In this document: piece after piece, positions 30,260-38,260 of the stretch
Position numbering within the stretch: position 1 is the stretch's first letter
Layout of the letters: every line of letters starts with the position of its first letter
Origin: Candidatus Magasanikiibacteriota bacterium
Lineage (GTDB): Bacteria > Patescibacteriota > Patescibacteriia > Magasanikbacterales > GWA2-37-8
Length of the DNA stretch: 64,000 bases
Assembly (NCBI GenBank): GCA_023246725.1
Contig: JAHFHV010000001.1
Span: 13,618 to 77,617 of the forward strand
Direction: 5' to 3'
Translations under genes and position numbers: made by a program
The notes under the pieces: model-generated
Told to the model about the DNA's origin: nothing
Database searches by the model: none
Seen by the model: only the letters and a program-made list of their open reading frames with translations

Positions 30260-30529
30260 ATGGAGGTCTTCAGATTACATCTTACCCAAGACGCGGAAGA
30301 TGATTTGGCTAACCTTGACCAGACGATTGCCTCTCGAATAGCGGATAAACTCCAGTGGTTCGTCTCCCAAGAAAATCCACTGTATTTTTCTAGACGCCTT
30401 TCCGGCTTTTTGGGCAAGTATCGTTTTCGCGTAGGGGACTATCGTATTATCTTCAAAGTTGATTATCGAGGCACCATCACTATTCTCGTCATTCTCCGCA
30501 TCCGGCACCGCCGCGAGGTGTACGATTAA
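30260..30529 (+). CDS. RelE/ParE family toxin
   Basis: YRFRVGDYRIIF, IRHRREVY. Confidence 0.9.
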   Translation: MEVFRLHLTQDAEDDLANLDQTIASRIADKLQWFVSQENPLYFSRRLSGFLGKYRFRVGDYRIIFKVDYRGTITILVILRIRHRREVYD

Positions 30530-30699
30530 AGAATGTTAAAAACAAAGTCGTTCTCTATCCAAAACGGGCGAGTTTTTACAAGCGGTGCTTACCGATGAAG
30601 AAATGAAGCAGGTTATTGGCGGAGAAGCGGACGAGGCAAGATTATTAAAAAGCGCTAAAGACGCGTGGCGTCCAGGGAGCAAAGAATAAATCCCGATTA

Positions 30700-31821
30700 T
30701 TATTGAATCAGGACCGGCTGTGACAGGCCGGTTTTAAATTCTTCGTAGCGGTTATCCACGTACTGCTTTAGATTGGTTTTAAAATTAGCCACGCTGAATT
30801 TTTCGGCCTGGGATTTTATGTTAGCGCTGTTCCAAGCGGTATGGTCAAAATGGAGCACAGCGTCTAACAGCGATTCCCAGGATTGCTTTTGAAAAAATAC
30901 GCCGGTTTCGCCCGGCACAACCGTTTCGGTGGCGCCGCCTTCGCCGTAGGCAATTACCGGCCGCCCGGCGGCCATGGTTTCTACCGGCGTAATCCCAAAA
31001 TCTTCTAGTTGGGGGTGGATAAAGGCTTTGGCGTGGCGCAACAGTTCACCCTTGGCTTCATCCGAAATCCGGCCGACAAATTCTATGTTGGGTTTGGCGT
31101 GTTTTTGCAGATGCTCTAGCTCTGGGCCAGTGCCAAAAATTTTTAAGGGGTACCGCAATCGATTGAAAGCCTGAACCACCATATCCAGCCGCTTGTAAGG
31201 GACAAGGCGCCCGCCGGCAACAAAATAATCTTCCACACTGGCGCTCGGAGAGAATAAATGCGTGTCAGTGGGCGGAAAAATAATATCGCTTTCGCGGCGG
31301 TAATATTTATTGATGCGGTATCGCACGGTGGCGGAATTGGCCACAAAATGGTCCACGCGGTCGGTGCTCATTTTGTCCCACAGGCGCAGACGCGAAATAA
31401 CACCAGGCAGAAGCGCTTTGACAGCGGGATTATAGGGCAAATCGGCCACGTAGGTATGCGTGTCGCTCCACAAGTAGCGCGCCGGGGTGTGGCAATAGGA
31501 AATATGGAGCGTGTTCGGACTGGTTAAGACGCCTTTGGCAAAGCCGCTGGTGGAAGAAACTACGACATCAAAGTCCGATAGATTAAAGCGTTCGGTGGCG
31601 GTGGGCATCAGTGGCAGATACCATTGAAAATGAGATTTGATAAAGGGCATTTTACTAAGCCATGATTCACGAATATTTTCGGCCGGGAAATCTTTAATTT
31701 TAGTTTTGTCGTGGAACAACAAAAAAATTGGCGCTTCTGGCCACAGTTCGCTCATGGCTTTTAAAACGCGTTCGGCGCCGCCGTCTTGGGCCAGGTAATC
31801 GTGAACTAAGGCTAACCGCAT
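30700..31821 (-). CDS. Glycosyltransferase family 4
   Basis: ALVHDYL..GGAERVL, YCHTPARY, RLVPYKR, EDFGITPVE. Confidence 0.92.
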   Translation of the reverse strand: MRLALVHDYLAQDGGAERVLKAMSELWPEAPIFLLFHDKTKIKDFPAENIRESWLSKMPFIKSHFQWYLPLMPTATERFNLSDFDVVVSSTSGFAKGVLTSPNTLHISYCHTPARYLWSDTHTYVADLPYNPAVKALLPGVISRLRLWDKMSTDRVDHFVANSATVRYRINKYYRRESDIIFPPTDTHLFSPSASVEDYFVAGGRLVPYKRLDMVVQAFNRLRYPLKIFGTGPELEHLQKHAKPNIEFVGRISDEAKGELLRHAKAFIHPQLEDFGITPVETMAAGRPVIAYGEGGATETVVPGETGVFFQKQSWESLLDAVLHFDHTAWNSANIKSQAEKFSVANFKTNLKQYVDNRYEEFKTGLSQPVLIQ

Positions 31822-31823
31822 AT

Positions 31824-32344
31824 GTATAATCCTAATTTACGAATTTTGATCCGAATCTACAAAAATCCGAATACTACCAATGACAACCTTACTCTTTTCC
31901 GGCGCCATTTAGTACACGTCTTGGGTGCAGTCGGTCTTCTCGAAAATTTACCAATATACCCAGCGCTAAATTAAGCGTGGCCAAGTATCGCCTCGTTTGG
32001 TCATAATCGTCCTTAAGCAGATATTTGGGGTATTTAATCTCTAAAATAATTTTGTTGTCAATCAAGAAATCAACTCGATGCCTGCCCGGTTTTTCTCCTT
32101 CGTGTTCACTTAGTAAATTATTTTCTCGTAAGTATTTGAGATCTCTCTCTTTCAATTTTAGTTCAATCAAATCGCAGATTTGTTTTTCACTGGAGAATTT
32201 TCCTAATTCGTTATGAACTTCAAATAAAATTCCGTTAATGATGAACGATAATTCTTTGTGAATTATGTGGGTCATATTTCGTTACATTCGTTATTATTCG
32301 GAAATTTGTGGATTCGGCTAAGATTTGTTGATTCGGATTACATT
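31824..32344. mobile_element. Putative GxxExxY element: gene between imperfect inverted 8-9-mer arrays
   Basis: Arms 31824-31884 and 32277-32344 are inverted copies; both recur, joined, at 33778-33909. Confidence 0.6.
31889..32275 (-). CDS. GxxExxY family PD-(D/E)XK-like protein
   Basis: FEVHNELG..SEK, RVDFLIDNKIILEIK, QTRRYL, GILVNF. Confidence 0.88.
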   Translation of the reverse strand: MTHIIHKELSFIINGILFEVHNELGKFSSEKQICDLIELKLKERDLKYLRENNLLSEHEGEKPGRHRVDFLIDNKIILEIKYPKYLLKDDYDQTRRYLATLNLALGILVNFREDRLHPRRVLNGAGKE

Positions 32345-33770
32345 AAACAATGCTTCCCGTTTTTTTAACCACCACAAACGGCGTCTTAACTAGAATTATG
32401 AAGTCAAGATACAAATTCCAATTTTCTATGTAAAACGCGTCCAGTTTTATTTCTTCGGCAAAGGTTAAATGGCTACGGCCGGAAATTTGGGTCAGGCCGG
32501 TAAGGCCGGGTTTAATGGCAAACACAATGCGGTGCTCATTCTCATAGCCAGCCACTTCCCGGGGCTGGTGGGGGCGCGGGCCCACTAAACTCATGTCGCC
32601 TTTTATAACATTCCAAAATTGCGGCAGTTCATCCAAGCTCCAGCGGCGCAGGAAGCGGCCGACCGGCGTGAGGCGCGGATCATTTTTAATTTTGTAAATC
32701 GGGCCGGCCTTGCTGCTGCTGGTTTTAATTAGTTCGGCTTCGGTTTTTAAGGCGGTTTGCCCGTGGCGGCCAAATTGCGGACCGGTGCAGTACTTTTGAT
32801 ACATGGTGCGGAATTTAAGCGTAAAAAATTTCTCATTCAACTGGCCAACGCGTTCGTTTTTATAAATCACCGGGCGGCCGCTTTCTATTAAAATAATCAA
32901 CGTAATAAACAGGTTTAGAGGAATGAAAATAATAAACAGGAGCGTTCCAAAAAACATATCAAACAGGCGTTTTATTATCCGCCCCCAGCCGGTAAGACGC
33001 GTACGGCGCAGTTCAATAATGGGGATGCCGGCAATGGTGGAGACCGTCATGTTGGCGGTAATGGTGGCAAATAAATCGGCCGAATATTTAAAGGTAATGT
33101 GGTTTAGGTTGGCAAATTCAATGGCGGCCAGGGCTTCGGCTTCACTGCCTTTGGGGTCGGTAAAAATAATTTCATCGGGTTTGGTTTTGCGAATAGCCCC
33201 GGCGGATGCGTGGTTAAAATGGTTGAACGTTCCCACGATGTTATAGCCCAGACGTGGTTGACCTAAAAATGCTTCACGGATAGTTTTCGCAATCTTCTCG
33301 TTTCCGATAATCACGGTGCGGCGGAGACCGACGCCAACGCGGTAGAGCAAGGCCTTGCACCCGCGCAGGAGGAGCCGCCCCAGGCTCACCAAGGCAATTG
33401 ACAGCGCCCCACCCACCAAAACCAAAAAGCGCGAATCAAATTTGCTTAGGGTAAAAAAAACATAAATGGTAATGGCCGCAAACCCGGTGGAACAGGCCAT
33501 GACCACGCGAGTTAAATCCCGCGCCAGTTTGCGGTTAGGGTCAGTGTTATAAAGACCGGAGAGGGCAAAAATAATCAGCCAGCCAAAAGCGACCAAGGCG
33601 ACAATGGGCCAGTAGCGCTCCCAGCTTAATTTAGCGGCAAAAGAGACCGGGCGAATGGCAATTATCCACGGCGAAAAACGCAGGGCGTAGGCGGATGCTC
33701 CGGCCAAGAGGAGCATGAGGTAGTCTACCGGCAGTTGGAGAAAGGTGAAGATAAGTTCAAAGCGTTTCAT
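32343..33770 (-). CDS. Polyprenyl-phosphate sugar phosphotransferase, WcaJ-like
   Basis: IKRLFD, KFRTM, DPRLTPVGRFLRRWSLDELPQ, MSLVGPRP, KPGLTG. Confidence 0.93.
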   Translation of the reverse strand: MKRFELIFTFLQLPVDYLMLLLAGASAYALRFSPWIIAIRPVSFAAKLSWERYWPIVALVAFGWLIIFALSGLYNTDPNRKLARDLTRVVMACSTGFAAITIYVFFTLSKFDSRFLVLVGGALSIALVSLGRLLLRGCKALLYRVGVGLRRTVIIGNEKIAKTIREAFLGQPRLGYNIVGTFNHFNHASAGAIRKTKPDEIIFTDPKGSEAEALAAIEFANLNHITFKYSADLFATITANMTVSTIAGIPIIELRRTRLTGWGRIIKRLFDMFFGTLLFIIFIPLNLFITLIILIESGRPVIYKNERVGQLNEKFFTLKFRTMYQKYCTGPQFGRHGQTALKTEAELIKTSSSKAGPIYKIKNDPRLTPVGRFLRRWSLDELPQFWNVIKGDMSLVGPRPHQPREVAGYENEHRIVFAIKPGLTGLTQISGRSHLTFAEEIKLDAFYIENWNLYLDFIILVKTPFVVVKKTGSIV

Positions 33771-33777
33771 AGTGTAC

Positions 33778-33909
33778 GTATAATCCTAATCCACGAATTT
33801 CAATTCGAATCTATCAATTTCCGAATCCTACGAATATTCTTGGTCGTTAAATTCGTTATTATTAGGATATTTGTAGATTCGGCTAAGATTTGTTGATTCG
33901 GATTACATT
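33778..33909. mobile_element. Gene-less miniature copy of the GxxExxY element
   Basis: Starts gtataatcctaat like 31824; 33876-33909 identical to 32311-32344 (34 nt). Confidence 0.65.
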
Positions 33910-33932
33910 CATTCTACCTGGTTTTATAACTC

Positions 33933-34098
33933 TTGACAACCAGGCTAAAATATGTTAAGTTAGTATGCTCTTGTGTAGAGCGTTCTTTATTTTTAGCCTT
34001 TCTTTAGTTTTTTAAACTAAAAAATCTGAGAAGGGTTGAAATAATTTCGGATAACAACGCCACGGATCCGGCGCGATGCCGGGGAGGAAATAGAGACG
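33933..34098 (+). promoter_or_regulatory. Promoter, structured leader, hairpin and SD
   Basis: ttgaca-17-(TG)taagtt; long AU stem; ccggc-gcgat-gccgg then ggagg. Confidence 0.6.
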
Positions 34099-34698
34099 AT
34101 GGACATGACCAAGGAAGAGAGCGCGGCCCTCGCGCTCAAGCTTGCCTTGGAAGGGGCCATTGCGGCCAAGGGCGGCGACCCCGGTGTCGTCATGCGACTC
34201 CTCAAGAATGAGTCCTGGCTCGAGCTGGTCGCCGCGCAGCTCATGGAGCTGGCGATCGCCGAGGGTAGCATCTTTACTCTCCTGCTCGACCGGCGTCCCG
34301 GCGTTATCGCGCGGCTGATCGAGGAGGCCGGCTACGAGGGGTACAAGAATCCGGAGATCACCGACGCGAAATACCAGGTCGCGTCCGGGGGGCTGGTCCC
34401 GGTGCGGTTCCGCACCGTCCCGGGCAAGCAGCTCAAGAGCCCCGACGAGTGGGTCTGGCGGAACAACGCCGAGGCCGCCTTCCACAAGATGGGTCTCCAA
34501 TTCCCGGATCCCGCCGAGGCCCTCCTCGTCCCCGCCAAGAACCGGCAGACCGGCCGCGGCAGGCCCTACGTCGCCTTCATCCAGGGCGCCAGCTGCGCGT
34601 TCTACGTAAGCGAGAGAGACCGGAGGCGCAGCCTCGACCTAAGCGGCGGCAACTGGTACCCGGAATACGAGTTCGTCGGCGTCGAGAAGCAGAAGTAG
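34099..34698 (+). CDS. GC-rich hypothetical protein, 199 aa
   Basis: Nearly all third positions G/C; SD; ends R.L.L....W...YEFVGV. Confidence 0.85.
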   Translation: MDMTKEESAALALKLALEGAIAAKGGDPGVVMRLLKNESWLELVAAQLMELAIAEGSIFTLLLDRRPGVIARLIEEAGYEGYKNPEITDAKYQVASGGLVPVRFRTVPGKQLKSPDEWVWRNNAEAAFHKMGLQFPDPAEALLVPAKNRQTGRGRPYVAFIQGASCAFYVSERDRRRSLDLSGGNWYPEYEFVGVEKQK

Positions 34699-34752
34699 TG
34701 TTCGTGTCTCCTCCCACCCCCCGGAATCGGCCGCGGGGTGGAGAGGCTAATG

Positions 34753-34817
34753 AGAACCACCCTCTCAACGCATCGTGATTACGAAAATTTCGTAATTATG
34801 GTGCGAGGGTGGTTTTC
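34753..34817 (+). other. Conserved bulged 3' RNA hairpin, copy 2
   Basis: aaccaccct[ctcaa]cgcatcgt-gattacgaa-aat-ttcgtaatt-atggtgcg-agggtggtt. Confidence 0.8.
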
Positions 34818-34853
34818 TTGATTTAATATTGTTAGAATGGTATAGTTTGGCGT

Positions 34854-35153
34854 ATGCAAATAAAAATTTTAAAAATCAATTTACCCGACCCGGAGCGCTC
34901 CATTAAACGTTGTGGGTATGCCGCGCATGTGGACAGGAGAACGCACGAGACCAGTTACGTGCGGCGGCTGGACCGAGATTTATTTCCCCGGTTTCATTTG
35001 TATGTGGAGGAAAAAGGTGAGAATTATTCGCTGAATTTGCATTTAGACCAGCGGGCGCCAATTTACGCTGGCGTTACAGCACATTCGGGGGAATATGATG
35101 GGGTGGTGGTGGAGCGGGAGATGGAACGAATAAGAAAATTGTTGAATTGCTGA
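34854..35153 (+). CDS. Conserved hypothetical protein
   Basis: SYVRRL..FPRFHLY..NLHLDQ..HSGEYDG. Confidence 0.8.
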   Translation: MQIKILKINLPDPERSIKRCGYAAHVDRRTHETSYVRRLDRDLFPRFHLYVEEKGENYSLNLHLDQRAPIYAGVTAHSGEYDGVVVEREMERIRKLLNC

Positions 35154-35211
35154 ATTGTTATATTGTTAGTGATTATTGTCCAACAATTTAGCAATGTAAC
35201 AATTTAACAAT
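35137..35211. repeat. Inverted octamer arrays (aattgttg / caacaatt)
   Basis: Direct reading; a similar inverted array lies at 35815-35892. Confidence 0.75.
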
Positions 35212-35224
35212 CAAGTTTACAATT

Positions 35225-35833
35225 ATGTTCACCGGCATCATCCAAAAAGTCGTAAAAATTAAAAAGTCAGAGCGTCGTGAAGATACGCTTGTTTTAACAA
35301 TCGCGACTCCTCGAGGCTGGAAGTTAAAGCTGGGGGATTCGATTGCGACCGACGGGGTGTGTTTGACGGTTACAAAAATTGGACGAGGATGGTATCAAAC
35401 TGAATTGATGGAGGAGACGCTGGAGCGCACGACGTTTGGACACCATGTCCCTGACAAAGTTAATTTGGAGCGTTCGCTTCGGCCAATTGATTTTCTTGAC
35501 GGGCATATGGTACAGGGGCATGTAGATTGTGTGGGAGAGATTGTGAAGGTTAAAGGTGAAAGGTTGAAAGTTAAAAGTACGACAGAGAGACGTTCTTTGC
35601 TGTATGCCATTCGTTTTCCAAAAAAATATAGTAAGTTGATTGTTGAAAAATGCTCAATTGCGATGGATGGGATAAGTATGACGGTGGTAGATGCTCGGCG
35701 CGATTGGTTTTCCGTGGCGCTCATTCCCTTTACACTTACTCACACGACGATTGGTGCGAAGGAGGTTGGCGATTTGGTTAATTTGGAGTTTGATGTGATT
35801 GCAAAATATGTAAAACGATTATTGGTTGATTAG
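35225..35833 (+). CDS. ribE: Riboflavin synthase
   Basis: MFTGII, DSIATDGVCLTV, VNLERSL, GHMVQGHVD, VNLEFD. Confidence 0.95.
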   Translation: MFTGIIQKVVKIKKSERREDTLVLTIATPRGWKLKLGDSIATDGVCLTVTKIGRGWYQTELMEETLERTTFGHHVPDKVNLERSLRPIDFLDGHMVQGHVDCVGEIVKVKGERLKVKSTTERRSLLYAIRFPKKYSKLIVEKCSIAMDGISMTVVDARRDWFSVALIPFTLTHTTIGAKEVGDLVNLEFDVIAKYVKRLLVD

Positions 35834-35899
35834 TTTAATGGTTTATTGGTGACCAATCGATTAATTAACGAATAATCTAAGAAACTAATCAATTTTATT

Positions 35900-36304
35900 A
35901 TGTCTAAAAATATTGCCATTATCATGGGAGCGTTTCATAAATCAGAAGTAACTGAAATGTTGGCGGAGGCTCGTAAAGTTGCTGCTGAATGTGGTTTGAA
36001 TATTGTGGAAGAAATTTGGGTGCCTGGTTCATACGAGAAACCGTTGGCATTGAAACGAGTTTTGTCGCGCGAAGATATTCTTGGCGCGGTGGTGCTTGGT
36101 ATCATTGAACGCGGCGAGACTAAACATGGGTTGGTAATGGCCGAGGTGGTGATGTCAGCGATTGTGGATTTGGAATTGGCATATATGAAGCCGGTGGGCA
36201 TTGGCATTTTGGGTCCAGAAGTTCTCCCCGATCAAATTCCTTCTCGTCTTATTCCCTTTGCGCGCGCCGCGGTTAGGGCCGCTGCCCACATGATGGGGGT
36301 TTAA
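35900..36304 (+). CDS. ribH: 6,7-dimethyl-8-ribityllumazine synthase
   Basis: VPGSYEKP, LGIIERGETKH, KPVGIGIL. Confidence 0.9.
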   Translation: MSKNIAIIMGAFHKSEVTEMLAEARKVAAECGLNIVEEIWVPGSYEKPLALKRVLSREDILGAVVLGIIERGETKHGLVMAEVVMSAIVDLELAYMKPVGIGILGPEVLPDQIPSRLIPFARAAVRAAAHMMGV

Positions 36305-36308
36305 TTTC

Positions 36309-36337
36309 TTGACAGTCGATCCAATTTGTGGTATACA
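36309..36337 (+). promoter_or_regulatory. Promoter of rnpB
   Basis: ttgaca-17-(TG)tataca. Confidence 0.75.
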
Positions 36338-36343
36338 ACAAGT

Positions 36344-36900
36344 GTTTATAGCAGATGATCGCCCGCTCAACGCGCAAGCGCCTGAGCGGGAGGAAAGTCC
36401 GAACACCCTCAGTTTTTTCGCTACCTGCTGAGAAAAGGATAGTGGGTAACACCCACCGTTCCGATGGCAACGTCGGAAAAGGGACAGTGGCACAGAGACA
36501 ATACTACTTTGTCGCGCCGCAGCCTTGGCGAAGGCGGAACCATAAGAATCCCCGCCTTCGCCAAAGCTATGGCGCGGCAAAGGAAAGGTGAAAAGTGTAT
36601 GGGAGTTTTGGTTCTTAAGACCAAAGCTACGATACTCCGTCCCGTAGCAATGCGGGATGTGTGCTAAACCCTGTCTGGTGCAAGAGCAGCGTTTTCGTCG
36701 CAAGGCGAATTCGTAAAGTTCGCTCGCATTGCCTCGCCGAAGCCCCGCAACTGCGGGGCGAAGGCAGGCTTGATCCGGTTAGCAATAACCGGGCTAGATA
36801 AATGATCATCACCACGGATTCTTTGCACGGATCAACACAGATATTAGTGAAGATCAGTGTAAAAAATCCGTGGTACAAAATTCGGCTTATCGCTGTAAAC
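36344..36900 (+). ncRNA. rnpB: RNase P RNA, about 557 nt, with expansions
   Basis: GAGGAAAGTCC, acagagac, ggtgaaa, aaaccc..gcaag, gctagataaatg, acaaaattcggcttat; P1 gtttatagc/gctgtaaac. Confidence 0.95.
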
Positions 36901-36902
36901 CG

Positions 36903-36935
36903 CGCACCACGACAAAATTTGTCGTGGTGCGTTTG
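36903..36935 (+). terminator. Hairpin after rnpB
   Basis: cgcaccacgacaa-aat-ttgtcgtggtgcg-ttt. Confidence 0.7.
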
Positions 36936-36963
36936 TTAGTCATAAGAAGTTGGGGACTGGCTA

Positions 36964-38028
36964 TTAACTGCTGGTTGGCTCTTCGACTTGCAGATAGACG
37001 CGCTTGGCATCGCCTGGGCCAAAGGTTTCCTGCCCGCAGGCGCTAAAGAGCCAAGGTTTTTCTATGGGGTCGGGCATGGGCTGGAGCTTACCCACCAAGC
37101 GAATGGTTTTTCCTTGATGGTTATCGGCGGCTTGCATTAGTTCGTAAACATCAATTGTTTGTACTGCCAAAACCTCCGTATCTCCCACGGTAAGCAGAGC
37201 GCCAGCGCGCCAAATGCAATCCTCTATTTTTACCTGCTCGCAGCCGCAGCGAGCCGCTTGAGGGAATTTGAGCGTGCCGTCAAGCCGGACAAAAGCATTG
37301 TTAAATTCCGAATGAACGGCCAGGCCGCCGGCGAATGTCTCGCTATTTACGAGCGGCAGTTTATCAGCCGAATGGTCTAAGCCTTGGAGGCTCATCGCGA
37401 TTAAAATTAAAATCGTCGGGATAGCCGCGATCGTCCAAAGAATAATAATTGGTTTCCAGGCAGAAATTTTTTGTTCGGGCGGCAACGCTAAGCGACGCTT
37501 AAGAATATACCACGAGAAAAGCCGTAACAGCGGGAAGCCCACAGCGAGCCCGAGCGCGGCCCAGGGGAACAGATAGGTTCTTAAATTGCTGCAGCCGGTT
37601 AGGACGGGAGACGCGCCGCCCAAAGCGGAAACAAAAATAAGCGCAATGCCAATCGCGAATAAATCAATAAATACGTAAGCCGGATTAGTGCTGGGAAAGG
37701 GGTACTCAACCCGGGGCAGAGCCAGGTTGGGCAGAACCACTGGAATTATCGCGTTGGGCAACATCAGCGGTCCGGCTTTAAGTACCGGCCGGAAACTGTC
37801 TCTAATTAGCTTGGGCCACAGCGTTCGCCACGCCACCCAGCCGGCGGCCGCCAGTCCGATCAAAACAAAGGCCAAGTCGCTGCCGTCAAATGTCAGCTCG
37901 GGGGGCGGACAGCCAAAAAAATTAAAGCGAGCCAACAGGCGGGCTCCCAGCATGCCAAGGCTCATGATGGCAATAAATTCAAAAAACAGAATTTTGACTA
38001 AACTGGCCGCGCGGTACCAGTGGTTCAT
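36964..38028 (-). CDS. Hypothetical membrane protein with Cys-containing C-terminal domain
   Basis: About five TM helices, 354 aa. Confidence 0.75.
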   Translation of the reverse strand: MNHWYRAASLVKILFFEFIAIMSLGMLGARLLARFNFFGCPPPELTFDGSDLAFVLIGLAAAGWVAWRTLWPKLIRDSFRPVLKAGPLMLPNAIIPVVLPNLALPRVEYPFPSTNPAYVFIDLFAIGIALIFVSALGGASPVLTGCSNLRTYLFPWAALGLAVGFPLLRLFSWYILKRRLALPPEQKISAWKPIIILWTIAAIPTILILIAMSLQGLDHSADKLPLVNSETFAGGLAVHSEFNNAFVRLDGTLKFPQAARCGCEQVKIEDCIWRAGALLTVGDTEVLAVQTIDVYELMQAADNHQGKTIRLVGKLQPMPDPIEKPWLFSACGQETFGPGDAKRVYLQVEEPTSS

Positions 38029-38087
38029 ATGGTTGAAGTGACAGATAGGTTAAGTTAGAGCCTCGGATTTTTTATCTTCAAATTTTA

Positions 38088-38260
38088 TTGACAACCCTGG
38101 TTCGTTCTATTATAGTGCTTGTACTCAACTATGTTGGTTGGGTTAAAGGAGGCGCGCGATGTGCTGGCGTGACAACGTTCGTATGGAGAGGCATTGTTTT
38201 ATGGACGTTAGACCTCAATCACTACTGGCAATATCATCGGTCGCTTCTCGGTTTTGGTAA
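38088..38260 (+). other. Orphan promoter-hairpin-SD-ATG unit, 33-codon ORF; probable relic
   Basis: ttgaca-17-tatagt; actcaacta-tgt-tggttgggt; aaaggagg; ATG 38159. Confidence 0.5.

Noticed and set aside
7558-34817. Conserved hairpins as integron attC sites (AAC...GTT ends, extrahelical bases)
   Set aside because: No RYYYAAC/GTTRRRY fit, no tandem array or intI in the window, and pairing favours the top strand followed by a U tract.
34099-34817. Diversity-generating retroelement target with cruciform
   Set aside because: No template repeat or reverse transcriptase in the window; the same hairpin follows an unrelated gene.
36155-36878. ORFs over 36.2-36.9 kb
   Set aside because: They overlap RNase P RNA.
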